DNA of 64,000 nucleotides from Trueperaceae bacterium (GCA_965215565.1 CBDCDZ010000004.1:2368001-2432000); one strand, 5' to 3'; numbered from the stretch's first letter, positions 50,694 to 59,899 are shown. A program made the numbers and translations. The notes: generated by a model not told the origin, from the sequence alone.

Positions 50694-51470
50694 CTACCCC
50701 TGCAGCAGCGACTGCGCCCCGTCGATCCACACCTCGGTCCCGGTGATGTGGCTCGACGCCTCCGACGCTAAAAACGCCACGAGTTGCGCGACTTGCTCCG
50801 AAGAACCAGGCTCGCCGTCCGTGAGAGGGATTTTGCCCGCCGGGTACTTCACGGGTTCGCCCGCTTGGTCTAGGTCCTCGCGTTCCGTATTCTGGTCAAT
50901 CTGTGTGTCGATCATGCCGGGGCAGATCACGTTGACGCGGATGCGGTCTTTGGCAAGCTCGAGAGCGAGCATCTTGGTCATGGCAACCTGCGCGGCTTTG
51001 GTACTTGAGTAGGCTGTTGCGCCGCTATTAACGAAGTTGCGCGTGCCGTTGACCGAAGAGGTCACGATGACCGAGCCGCCGCGCGCTCTAAGGTGCGGCA
51101 CGGCATATTTAAGGGTGAAAAAGGTTCCGTTCAGGTTGATGTCTACCGTTTTGCGGAACTCGTCTGGCTCGAGTTCGTCAATCGGAGCCCACGTGCCGTT
51201 GACGCCCGCGTTCGCGAAGACGATGTCCAGACGTCCATACCTCTCCATAATCTGTGCGTAGGCGTTTTTTAAGTCATCGACTTCGGAAATATCTGCCGTG
51301 ACAGCTAGCGCTTCACCGCCTTCACTCTCGATCTCTTCAACGACCGCGTCTAGGTCCTCTTTCGTCCGTCCTGAAATGACGACTCTAGCACCTCTTTGTG
51401 CGAGCAACTTCGCGCTCGCCGCGCCGATGCCGGAGCCGCCGCCCGTGATAAAAGCAACTTTGTCCTTCAC
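50694..51470 (-). CDS. Short-chain dehydrogenase/reductase
   Basis: TGGGSGIG, NAG, YSSTK, ITG.E..IDG. Confidence 0.93.
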   Translation of the reverse strand: MKDKVAFITGGGSGIGAASAKLLAQRGARVVISGRTKEDLDAVVEEIESEGGEALAVTADISEVDDLKNAYAQIMERYGRLDIVFANAGVNGTWAPIDELEPDEFRKTVDINLNGTFFTLKYAVPHLRARGGSVIVTSSVNGTRNFVNSGATAYSSTKAAQVAMTKMLALELAKDRIRVNVICPGMIDTQIDQNTEREDLDQAGEPVKYPAGKIPLTDGEPGSSEQVAQLVAFLASEASSHITGTEVWIDGAQSLLQG

Positions 51471-51726
51471 AGTTTCCCCTCCTAAACGTATGCTAGGGAG
51501 GAGCGGCTCGGATAACTGAAGGGGAGCTTACAGGATGCAAGTAGCAGAAACCGAAGAGGTCATACTCGTACGCTGAATTTATGTATACTGCTAGCGGTTC
51601 CGTCGCTCGACGCGCTCCCACTTGGTAGGCTGCGCGTAGACTAGGTTGGCACAACATCATCCACTTTATTACCTCATAGCAGACTCGTCCGCCCCTGGTC
51701 TAGCGTCTCATCCTTGGAGGTTTTTG

Positions 51727-52707
51727 GTGCTTAGTATACGCGCGCTTATCAGTCTTTTCCTTCTCACGATTCTTGCGGCGTGTGGCGGCGGTGCTACGTT
51801 CGTAGCGCCAGCAGAGGCTACTGTCAACGGTGTCACGAGCCTTGACCGAGAAACGGGGGCAGCCGAGCTTAGCGTGAGCGGACTCGACGCCAATAACGGT
51901 GTGGTGGCGAGCGGTACGCTTAGCAACGTGTCCGCTACGGTTGCACAGGCGGGGCTCGAGGTTAAAAGCGGCGTATGCGGCGGCGGACAGATCAGCGCGT
52001 TGGGTCCGGTTGTCGCCGCGTTGACTTTCGATGCGTCGCCATCACTGCAGGGCGGCTGTCTCGGCTGCGGCGCTCCTACCGATCCTTTCAGCGAGAACGG
52101 GAGCACGGTGCGGCGCGAGGGCGGCTTGGAATTTGTAGCGCGGATGGCAGAGGACGCTCGAGCGGCTGTTTCGTACTTTAATCAGAGCGCAGGTTTCGTC
52201 AACGTACAGGGCTTTACGGAGGATGAGGAGGCGCTCAGGTCAGCGGTGGTCACAGCGACGTCGCCTGAAGCGATCGGCAGCTTAACGCCTCTATGGTCTG
52301 CAAGTGTCAGCACGGTAGACCTACTAGGCGATGTTCAGGGCGACAACCGCATTGCAATCGTCTTCACCGATGGTCAAGACACGACCTCTGCTGACCCCGA
52401 TGAAGTTGCGGCGGCGGCGCGCGCTTCGGGCGTGCGGGTGTTTTACATCGGTCTCGGCGAGACCACCAACGTGAGCGAGATGATTGATATTGCGCAAGCC
52501 ACCGAGCCCAGCGGTCTCTACGTTTCGGCGAGAGACAGGTCCGAACTCCTCAGCGCGTTCGAAGGCGTGATCAACGGCTCTCAAGCCTCCGGTTGTATCG
52601 ACTTGGTCTTTACGCCCGTTCCTTCTGCTGGCGAGACCGTAAGCGGCGGGCTCACTTTCGATATTAATGGGGGCACGTTTGAGAGCGATTACGAGGTGAC
52701 GTTTTAG
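51727..52707 (+). CDS. VWA-domain lipoprotein
   Basis: GGAGG RBS; lipobox LAAC; MIDAS-like DASPS, TPLW, FTDGQD. Confidence 0.8.
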   Translation: MLSIRALISLFLLTILAACGGGATFVAPAEATVNGVTSLDRETGAAELSVSGLDANNGVVASGTLSNVSATVAQAGLEVKSGVCGGGQISALGPVVAALTFDASPSLQGGCLGCGAPTDPFSENGSTVRREGGLEFVARMAEDARAAVSYFNQSAGFVNVQGFTEDEEALRSAVVTATSPEAIGSLTPLWSASVSTVDLLGDVQGDNRIAIVFTDGQDTTSADPDEVAAAARASGVRVFYIGLGETTNVSEMIDIAQATEPSGLYVSARDRSELLSAFEGVINGSQASGCIDLVFTPVPSAGETVSGGLTFDINGGTFESDYEVTF

Positions 52708-52712
52708 CCTTT

Positions 52713-52825
52713 GTAGCAAGCATCATTTGGTTTGAGCCAGTCTCACGTTAGAGAACTTGGGCGAACACGCACATTCTTAAATGATGCTTGCGCTATCCCA
52801 ATTCAGCACTTCTGTGAACTGCTTT
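52713..52825 (+). mobile_element. TAGCA repeat family copy I
   Basis: GCAAGCATCATT/AATGATGCTTGC stem with a compensatory pair relative to copy A. Confidence 0.8.
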
Positions 52826-52845
52826 AGTTAGGCAAGTAGCGTACA

Positions 52846-52881
52846 GAAAAGCGTCTCAACATCAAAGTTGAGACGCTTTTC
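52846..52881. terminator. Bidirectional terminator
   Basis: 15-bp perfect stem GAAAAGCGTCTCAAC/GTTGAGACGCTTTTC between convergent genes. Confidence 0.8.
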
Positions 52882-52889
52882 CAGGTTGC

Positions 52890-54455
52890 CTACAGCGGGA
52901 TGTTCCCGTGCTTCTTAAAGGGTCTTTCTTCTACTTTACCTTCCAACATCCGCAGATGCCGCACGAGCTGTCTGCGCGTGTCCTTAGGATCGATCACGTC
53001 GTCGATGTAGCCGCGCCCCGCCGCCCAGTACGGGTTGTCGAAACGCTTCTTGTATTCGTCGATGCGGGCGGCGCGCGCCATCTTGGGTTGCTCCGAGCCG
53101 GCAATCTCACGGCGGTAGATGATATTCGCTGCGCCTTCCGCGCCCATGACCGCCACCGCCGAGGTGGGCCAAGCGAGCACCACGTCCGCGCCCATGTCCC
53201 TAGAATTCATCGCCAAGTACGCGCCGCCGTAGCTCTTGCGCACGATGAGCGTGATTTTGGGAACCGTCGCTTCGGCGTAGGCGTAGAGCATCTTCGCGCC
53301 GTGCCGGATGATGCCCGCGTGCTCTTGGGCGACGCCTGGCAAAAAGCCCGTCACATCCACAAAGGTCAGAATCGGAACGTTGAAGCAGTCGCAGGTGCGG
53401 ATGAAGCGCGACGCTTTATCTGAGGCGTCGATATTGAGCGTCCCCGCCATGTGACGCGGATTATTCGCCACGATTCCCACCGACTGCCCACCGAGCCGCG
53501 CAAAACCGCAGAGGATGTTTTTGGCAAACTCAGGCTGCACCTCTAAAAAGTGCTTGTCGTCCACGACGGTTTTAATAACTTCCGTCATCGGATAAGGGCG
53601 GCGCTGGTCGGGGTGGACGATGGACAGAACTTCGGGCGTTTCGCGCCCTATAGGGTCTCGAGTCTCTTGCAGTGGCGTACGCTCTTTCGCGGACTGGGGC
53701 AGAAAGGAGAGCAGTTCGCGAATCGTCTCTAAAACGCCTTCGTCGTCCGCCGCCTCGAAATGCGCCACGCCCGACTTGCGGTTGTGCACGTCCGCCCCGC
53801 CTAAACCTTCAAACGTCACGTTCTCTTTCGTCACCGACTTGATGACTTCCGGCCCGGTGATGAACATATACGACGAGCCTTTCGCCATCAGCACAAAGTC
53901 GGTCAGCGCAGGGCTATAGACCGCGCCGCCCGCGCACGGTCCTAAAATCGCCGAAATCTGCGGCACCACGCCCGAATAGATGGCGTTGCGGTAGAAGACC
54001 TCGCCGTAGCCCGAGAGCGAGTCCACACCCTCTTGAATTCGCGCACCCGCCGAATCGTTGAGCCCGACGATCGGCGCACCCGTTTTCACCGCTAGGTCCA
54101 TGACTTTAGCGATTTTCTGCGCGTGCATCTTCCCTAGTGAGCCGCCCAACACGGTGAAGTCCTGGCTGAACACGAAGACCGTGCGCCCCTCCACCTTGCC
54201 GTAGCCCGTCACCACGCCCTCGCCGGGCGCGTCCACGCCCTGCATCATCTCGCCGCCCAAGTGCTCGACGAACGCACCCAACTCCACGAAAGTTCCTTCG
54301 TCTAAGAGGGTGTGGATGCGCTCCCTAGCGGTGAGCTTGCCCTGCTCGTGTTGTTTCTTGATGCGCTTCTCGCCGCCGCCCTTCTCGACGCGCTTACGGC
54401 GCTCTTCCATCTCGGCGGTCAGTTCGTTCATCCAGGCTAAGGTATCGTCAGACAT
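52890..54455 (-). CDS. pccB: Acyl-CoA (propionyl-CoA) carboxylase beta subunit
   Basis: GKLTARER, GARIQEG, GPCAGGAVYSPALTD, KKHGNIPL. Confidence 0.92.
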   Translation of the reverse strand: MSDDTLAWMNELTAEMEERRKRVEKGGGEKRIKKQHEQGKLTARERIHTLLDEGTFVELGAFVEHLGGEMMQGVDAPGEGVVTGYGKVEGRTVFVFSQDFTVLGGSLGKMHAQKIAKVMDLAVKTGAPIVGLNDSAGARIQEGVDSLSGYGEVFYRNAIYSGVVPQISAILGPCAGGAVYSPALTDFVLMAKGSSYMFITGPEVIKSVTKENVTFEGLGGADVHNRKSGVAHFEAADDEGVLETIRELLSFLPQSAKERTPLQETRDPIGRETPEVLSIVHPDQRRPYPMTEVIKTVVDDKHFLEVQPEFAKNILCGFARLGGQSVGIVANNPRHMAGTLNIDASDKASRFIRTCDCFNVPILTFVDVTGFLPGVAQEHAGIIRHGAKMLYAYAEATVPKITLIVRKSYGGAYLAMNSRDMGADVVLAWPTSAVAVMGAEGAANIIYRREIAGSEQPKMARAARIDEYKKRFDNPYWAAGRGYIDDVIDPKDTRRQLVRHLRMLEGKVEERPFKKHGNIPL

Positions 54456-54464
54456 AGGTCTCCT

Positions 54465-54575
54465 CAGCAGGTATCATCCGGTCGTAAACGCTCTCTATGG
54501 ATCAAGCTGCTTAACGCAAACATCGTAGGCTGATACCTGCGGCAATTTTCCTCAGTTAATCTTGGAGCTACTGCT
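54465..54575 (+). mobile_element. TAGCA repeat family copy J, abutting the pccB RBS
   Basis: GCAGGTATCA/TGATACCTGC stem; CTCAG...TTGGA...CTGCT right end. Confidence 0.7.
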
Positions 54576-54715
54576 TACTCCAAGTCTCCATGATGCCTAA
54601 CCATACCCGGATAAAAGAAGGGATGTAGGTGTTGTTCGGCTGAACTGGACGAAACTGGTAGGTTGAAAACAAAAAAGGCGGCTTTGCGCCGCCTCTATTT
54701 TCTCTAAAATTGAGC

Positions 54716-55390
54716 TTAGTCTCGAGCCATGAAAATCTGCAGCACGTACCAGAACATCAGCGCCACCGACGCGAAGAGCGCCAAGGACGCCGCGACGTAG
54801 CGCTCTTGCGGGTAGTGATGGAGCACGCCCGAGGTTTGGTAGAGGATGGACGCGCCCGCGAGCACCACCATCGCTACCGAAAAAAACGTGCCGAGCCCAA
54901 AGCCGAAGATAAAACCTGCGACGATCACGAGCAGCGCGCCTATGAAGCCCCACTTGAGCAGCCCACCCAAAAAGCTGAAGTCGCGCCGCTCGCTCCAAGC
55001 GACGGCTGTGAGACCGGAGAAGCCGATGAGCGTGACGAGCGCCGCACTCTGGATGACGCCGGGCGCGTAAGACTGCGCGACGAAGAGGAGCGGCACAAAG
55101 ATAATTGCCTCCGCGACGACGAAACCAATGAGCGCCGCGTACTGCACCTCCGGCGACGTGGAGCGCGCCGCGAAGTGGTTCGCCACCCCGCTCACGCCGA
55201 TGAAGACGAACAGAACTACCAGCCAAGGCAAGCTGAGCAAAAAGCTCGCGATAGGAAAGGCTAGACCCGTCTGAAAAAAGATGACCTCTAGAGCGGTGAA
55301 CCCCAAGATCGCGCCCAAGAGGTGCGCGTAGGTTTGGGTAACGAAGCTCGAGCGGTCCGTTACGGTTACATTTGGTGTGATTGAAGCCAT
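54716..55390 (-). CDS. Bax inhibitor-1/YccA family membrane protein
   Basis: About 7 transmembrane segments; DFSFLG, ILYQTS, LFAS...MFWY.L. Confidence 0.88.
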   Translation of the reverse strand: MASITPNVTVTDRSSFVTQTYAHLLGAILGFTALEVIFFQTGLAFPIASFLLSLPWLVVLFVFIGVSGVANHFAARSTSPEVQYAALIGFVVAEAIIFVPLLFVAQSYAPGVIQSAALVTLIGFSGLTAVAWSERRDFSFLGGLLKWGFIGALLVIVAGFIFGFGLGTFFSVAMVVLAGASILYQTSGVLHHYPQERYVAASLALFASVALMFWYVLQIFMARD

Positions 55391-55562
55391 AGTGTCCTTC
55401 TCCCGTACATAGTGTGGGGCGCGCGCTCACGGAGGGCAAACGCGCCCTGGTATAAAGAAGTTTAACGAGTCTAGGGCGCGCTCTAAACGGATAACATCAC
55501 GGCGAGAGCGGTTCTTAGAGAACGGTGAATGTAGCGTTAAGGCATCTATCAGGAGGCTCATA

Positions 55563-55841
55563 GTGACATTTTTTATCGTAGCTAAAGACGCGGCGGACGC
55601 TTCGGAGCGCCGCCAAAAGGTGCGAGACCAACACCTGCGCGAGATCGAGTCGCACGTCAAGGCGAAGCGCGTCCTCATGGGCGGGGCAATCTTAGATGAC
55701 GATGGCAATGTCATCGGCTCGGGGTTGGTGGCGGAATTTTCCTCGAGGGAGACCTTGGACGAATTTTTGCAGAGCGACATCTATACCAGAGAAGGCGTCT
55801 GGGAGAGCTTCGAGATTTATCCATTTAAGCGGGCTGTCTAA
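55563..55841 (+). CDS. YciI family protein
   Basis: R...R..HL, GG..LD, GS, D.Y...GVW. Confidence 0.88.
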   Translation: MTFFIVAKDAADASERRQKVRDQHLREIESHVKAKRVLMGGAILDDDGNVIGSGLVAEFSSRETLDEFLQSDIYTREGVWESFEIYPFKRAV

Positions 55842-55844
55842 CTA

Positions 55845-56053
55845 ATAGCAGGTATCATCTGGTTTGAGTGCGCGGAGCGATGCGAAGCAACACTCTCACT
55901 ATGCAAAGCGGTGTTGCTAAGCAGCAAACTTGCGCAACTAGCACGCACATTCGAAGATGAAATCCCGCAACGGCAGGGCGGCCTGCCCGTAACGCTAGTC
56001 CTTGCGGACAGAGATCTGCGCTCATCCGTCTCAGTATGTCTTGGAACTGCTAC
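55845..56053 (+). mobile_element. TAGCA repeat family copy K, 209 bp, four micro-insertions (one nested)
   Basis: Both ends match copies D/E; insertions at the same sites as in copy C. Confidence 0.85.
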
Positions 56054-56066
56054 AAGAGGTCCCAAA

Positions 56067-56612
56067 CTGACGCTCTACGACTGGCTCGTCCGCGCCGACT
56101 TCGTGCTCGCGGTGCTCCTCACGGTACTCGCGCCGCTCGGTCTACTCCTCTGGTCCGCGTTGAGAGGGCGAGAGGTCATCGTCCGCCAACTCGTCACCTA
56201 TTGGCGCGTCTCGTCGCTGCTCATGGTCACGGTTTACCTGCTCGCGGCGGCCGCGCCGATAGGCTTTCTTACGGGCGTGCTGGCGAGGGTGCTCATCCCT
56301 CTCTCGTTGGGATTCGGGTGGCTGAAAGATAAGGGGGAGGGGAGGCTCGAGACCACCTTCTACCGCTGGAAGCAAGTCGTAAGTCTGTACTGTCTCGTCG
56401 GCGTCCTCTTCAACCTGCCGCTCCTACGCTGCACCTTCACCTGGCAAATTCAGCCCCCCTGTACCGCTTGGCTGGGTCCGGTGAGGGAGTTCGTGGGGCT
56501 CGTACATCCGGGTGTAAGCCTCGACGTCCTCGGGGTGCTGGCTTGGATCGCGCTCGGCATTTACATCGTAGTGTTCGTTACTCTTTACGCTCGAGATACG
56601 AATGCGACTTAG
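56067..56612 (+). CDS. DUF3177-like membrane protein (start uncertain)
   Basis: D..LAVLLTV..PL.LL.W, YWRVSSLL.VTVYL. Confidence 0.7.
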   Translation: MTLYDWLVRADFVLAVLLTVLAPLGLLLWSALRGREVIVRQLVTYWRVSSLLMVTVYLLAAAAPIGFLTGVLARVLIPLSLGFGWLKDKGEGRLETTFYRWKQVVSLYCLVGVLFNLPLLRCTFTWQIQPPCTAWLGPVREFVGLVHPGVSLDVLGVLAWIALGIYIVVFVTLYARDTNAT

Positions 56613-56773
56613 CATGAAGTCGAGAGCTACGCACCATGCAACCTCTTCGTTCCCCTTTACTCCGCAGATTCACTCGCCGTGACAACAAAACATAGCGGCG
56701 CTCCTTTACCCCCGTAAACTTAAATACCGCACTGTGACGACTACACTGTCATAATTGTAGTAAGGAGTTTGAT

Positions 56774-57379
56774 ATGAGACTAAGACTACTCGCACCCCTT
56801 TTCCTAGCTTTAGCCGGACTACTCATCGCCATACCTTACGCCCTTTCGCAGGACAACGCTGAAACGATGCAGGCGACTCAAGAGGTCAGAGGTGTCGCAC
56901 CGTTAGGCTTCGACGCCGCTAGCTTCACCAAGCCCAGCGACGACGTGCTCCGCCAAAAACTCACCGACATCCAGTACCGCGTCACCCAAAAAGACGCCAC
57001 CGAGCGCCCTTTCGACAACCCTTACTGGGACAACAAGGAGCCCGGCATCTACGTAGATATCGTCTCGGGCGAGCCGCTCTTCTCGTCGGCGGACAAGTAC
57101 GTCTCTGGGACGGGCTGGCCCTCCTTCACAAAGCCTCTAGAGCCCGCCAATGTCGTCGAAAAACCTGACCGCACGCTCTTCGTCGTTCGTACCGAGATTC
57201 GCAGCACGCACGCGAATTCACATCTGGGCCATGTTTTTGAAGACGGTCCCGAGCCCACCGGCTTGCGTTACTGCATGAACTCGGCGGCACTACGTTTTGT
57301 GCCCGCAGCGGAGTTGGAGGCGCAAGGGTACGGGGAGTACGCGGCGCTCTTTGAGGGGACGAAGAACGCTTCGAATTAG
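56774..57379 (+). CDS. msrB: Exported peptide-methionine (R)-S-oxide reductase
   Basis: Signal peptide; [28 protein letters not shown]. Confidence 0.95.
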   Translation: MRLRLLAPLFLALAGLLIAIPYALSQDNAETMQATQEVRGVAPLGFDAASFTKPSDDVLRQKLTDIQYRVTQKDATERPFDNPYWDNKEPGIYVDIVSGEPLFSSADKYVSGTGWPSFTKPLEPANVVEKPDRTLFVVRTEIRSTHANSHLGHVFEDGPEPTGLRYCMNSAALRFVPAAELEAQGYGEYAALFEGTKNASN

Positions 57380-57397
57380 ACGGACTTAACTTTTAGG

Positions 57398-57431
57398 GGA
57401 GCCTCGAGTGTTGACTCGAGGCTCCTTTTTT
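57398..57431 (+). terminator. Intrinsic terminator built from two CTCGAG sites
   Basis: GGAGCCTCGAGT/ACTCGAGGCTCC stem followed by T6. Confidence 0.8.
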
Positions 57432-57434
57432 AGC

Positions 57435-58025
57435 TTAGGTTCTTAGTCCCTCTAAAACCTGTTTTAGCACCCCCTTGACCTCTTCTAGTTTTTGTTCAGG
57501 CTGAGGCGACTGTGCGACCCACAGCGCGGCCTGGTTCATCGCGCCATTCAAGAGGTGAAGCAAGGCTCCTTCAGATTCAACTTTTATCAGCTTAGCTGCT
57601 ACAAGCTCCTCAATCCCTTCTTGGAGGAGCCTCGAGCCGTGTTCGGCGTCTAGCTCTGAACATTTCTCCCACCCTAAAACAGCGGGCGCGTCAATTAGGA
57701 GAATCTGCTGTGCGGCGCGGTTTGTTACAGCGTCTAACCAGGTGAAGCAACCTCTTAAAAAGCGCTGCCAGGGATCGTTTACTGCCGCAGTTTCTCTCTC
57801 TACAGCCACAGCGACGCGCTTTTGCAACCGCTCAGCAACCGCTTCAAAAAGTCCCTTTTTGTTACCAAAGTGATGGTAGAGTACGCCCCGCGTGAGTCCG
57901 ACCTCTTGCACCAGGGCGTCCGTCGAGACCACCGCGTAGCCTAGCTCAGCGAAGTGCTGTTCAGCCACCCTCAAAACTGTCTCACTCGTCTTTTCTGAAC
58001 GTTCCTTCTGTGTTCTTTTAGCCAT
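57435..58025 (-). CDS. TetR/AcrR family regulator
   Basis: GLTRGVLYHHFGNKKGLF HTH; DAPAVLGW. Confidence 0.92.
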   Translation of the reverse strand: MAKRTQKERSEKTSETVLRVAEQHFAELGYAVVSTDALVQEVGLTRGVLYHHFGNKKGLFEAVAERLQKRVAVAVERETAAVNDPWQRFLRGCFTWLDAVTNRAAQQILLIDAPAVLGWEKCSELDAEHGSRLLQEGIEELVAAKLIKVESEGALLHLLNGAMNQAALWVAQSPQPEQKLEEVKGVLKQVLEGLRT

Positions 58026-58043
58026 CTTTTCTCCTAGAACCTA

Positions 58044-58097
58044 TTGACATGCAGGTTGTATGTATCTTACTATAGGTTTTACATACAAGCTGTATGT
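58044..58097 (+). promoter_or_regulatory. Sigma70-like promoter with two palindromic operators (ACATRCA-N3-TGTATGT)
   Basis: TTGACA 58044-49, TACTAT 58068-73; operators at 58047-63 and 58081-97. Confidence 0.8.
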
Positions 58098-58111
58098 TTT
58101 AGGAGGTAGAA

Positions 58112-58525
58112 ATGAAGCTGACGAGTGTTTACCCCGTTATCTGCACGGAAGAGGTGGCTGAATCTAAGGCGTTCTATCTCGAGCACTTTCCCCTCGAGCT
58201 AACCTTCGATTCGGATTGGTATGTGAGCCTCAAAACCACCGGGGAGGGAACTTTCGAACTCGCCCTTTTAGACTTTCGCCATGAAACGATACCTGAAGGG
58301 TATAGGCACCCCTTCTCAAGTGGACTCATCATCAATTTTGAAGTCGAAGAGGTTGACCGTATCTTTGAGCAGTTTAGGGAAGCGGGGCTACCTATCTATC
58401 TGGAACTTCGCAGTGAACCGTTCGGACAAAGGCATTTCATCACCTCTGACCCAAACGGCATATTGATTGATGTCATCAAAGTCATCCCTTATTCGGATGA
58501 ATTTCTGCAGAGCGTACAAAACTAA
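58112..58525 (+). CDS. VOC/glyoxalase family protein
   Basis: FY...[13 protein letters not shown]...DPNG. Confidence 0.9.
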   Translation: MKLTSVYPVICTEEVAESKAFYLEHFPLELTFDSDWYVSLKTTGEGTFELALLDFRHETIPEGYRHPFSSGLIINFEVEEVDRIFEQFREAGLPIYLELRSEPFGQRHFITSDPNGILIDVIKVIPYSDEFLQSVQN

Positions 58526-58536
58526 CAGGGTGGCGT

Positions 58537-59529
58537 TTAGGGCTTGTGCGCCCACTTTTCGGGAAACCGCGTCCTCGGAAAAATCTCTTGCGCCTCCGCC
58601 AAGAGCGACCCCCACCCCTGCGCCTGATAACGGTCCGACACGTGAATCAGCACCAGTTCACCGACCTCCGCTCGCGCCGCTAACTTCGCCACCTGCACCG
58701 AGGTCAGGTGATAGCGCTGCGTTGCCAACACTAAGTCTTCGTGGCGGTAGTGGCTCTCACAAATGAGCGTCGTACAACCCCGTAAGAACTCCGTAAGCTT
58801 ATCTTCAGTCTCTCCTACCATGCCGAAATCAGTCAGGTACGCCACCGACTCGCCCGGCGTCTCGGTGAGGAGTTCGGCTCGGAGCCGCTCAGGGCTGACC
58901 CCTTCGGGTCCACGCCGCGCCGCCTCATCTAAGCGTCCTTCTTTGAGGTCTTGGAGCCAGGGACCAGGCGGTAAGCCCGACGCTTTAAGCTTCGCTTTGT
59001 CGAGGTTGAGGCGGGGTTTCTCCTGCACTAAGTAGCCCATAGAGGGCGTGTGGTGGTCTAAGTGGATGGCTTCGACGCTAAAGTGTTCTGTCTCCAGGAC
59101 TGTACCTGTAAAAGGATGTGTCACAACCTCTTGCACGCATTCGAAACCGTCTCTCGTCGCAAGGCGAATCTGCTCGACCTCTTCTTGATGAATATCGCCA
59201 ACCCACCACGTCCCCTTCTGCCCCTTGTAGTTCCACATGAAGCCCTGCGTCCGGTGGTGGATGATGCGCCCCGTCTCGGGCGGTCCCCACACATAAACGG
59301 GCTCTCTGCGGTTGAAGTTCAGGCGGAAAAACCCATCGAAGCCGCTCACGTGGTCCATATGCAGGTGTGAAAAGAAGAGGTGCTCTGTCGCGCGGAGTTC
59401 GGAGGTGTCGGCAAAACGGAGGCAGTCGCCGCAGTCGAACAAGAGGCGGTAGGTCTCTTGACCGCTCTCCACTTTGACGAACAGGGCGTTGTCGTCACCG
59501 GGGACGCCTAAAACTTGAGGCTTAATCAC
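58537..59529 (-). CDS. Ribonuclease Z-like metallo-beta-lactamase
   Basis: FDCG, SHLHMDH, G.PPGPW exosite, YLTD, H.S.RY. Confidence 0.85.
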   Translation of the reverse strand: MIKPQVLGVPGDDNALFVKVESGQETYRLLFDCGDCLRFADTSELRATEHLFFSHLHMDHVSGFDGFFRLNFNRREPVYVWGPPETGRIIHHRTQGFMWNYKGQKGTWWVGDIHQEEVEQIRLATRDGFECVQEVVTHPFTGTVLETEHFSVEAIHLDHHTPSMGYLVQEKPRLNLDKAKLKASGLPPGPWLQDLKEGRLDEAARRGPEGVSPERLRAELLTETPGESVAYLTDFGMVGETEDKLTEFLRGCTTLICESHYRHEDLVLATQRYHLTSVQVAKLAARAEVGELVLIHVSDRYQAQGWGSLLAEAQEIFPRTRFPEKWAHKP

Positions 59530-59605
59530 CCCTTAGTTTAAGCGGAAATGATCCGAACGTATGGGTTCTGCGTAATGCTGAGCGCTACGGTTAGCTTCGG
59601 TTCAA

Positions 59606-59899
59606 CTACGGTTGTAAGCGCGTCTGCGCCTTGACGCAGCGGACGCTCCCGTACGAGCAGTACACGCAGCATTCCCAGCTTTGAGGCTCTAAAACCGTGT
59701 CGCACTCGGTGCAGGTATAGTTGAGTTTGACGGTATATTTGGGCATGGTCTCGAGCTTGCTACACCCACAGCTCGGACAGGTAACAATCGACCACAAGGA
59801 CACGTTCGGTGAGATTTTAGGCGCACGCCTAAGTTCGATGCGCTTGCGGCTCCTCGCCGTCAAGCGCTTGACCGCTGGAAATAAGGTGCTGAGGGTCAT
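59606..59899 (-). CDS. GDCCVxC-domain small Cys-rich protein
   Basis: TCP.CG....ETMP, C..C...L.P..WECCVYCSYG. Confidence 0.75.
   Translation of the reverse strand: MTLSTLFPAVKRLTARSRKRIELRRAPKISPNVSLWSIVTCPSCGCSKLETMPKYTVKLNYTCTECDTVLEPQSWECCVYCSYGSVRCVKAQTRLQP

Noticed and set aside
10299..56053. TAGCA repeats as a CRISPR array
   Set aside because: Copies are dispersed, in both orientations, longer than 80 bp, with no spacer periodicity and no cas genes.
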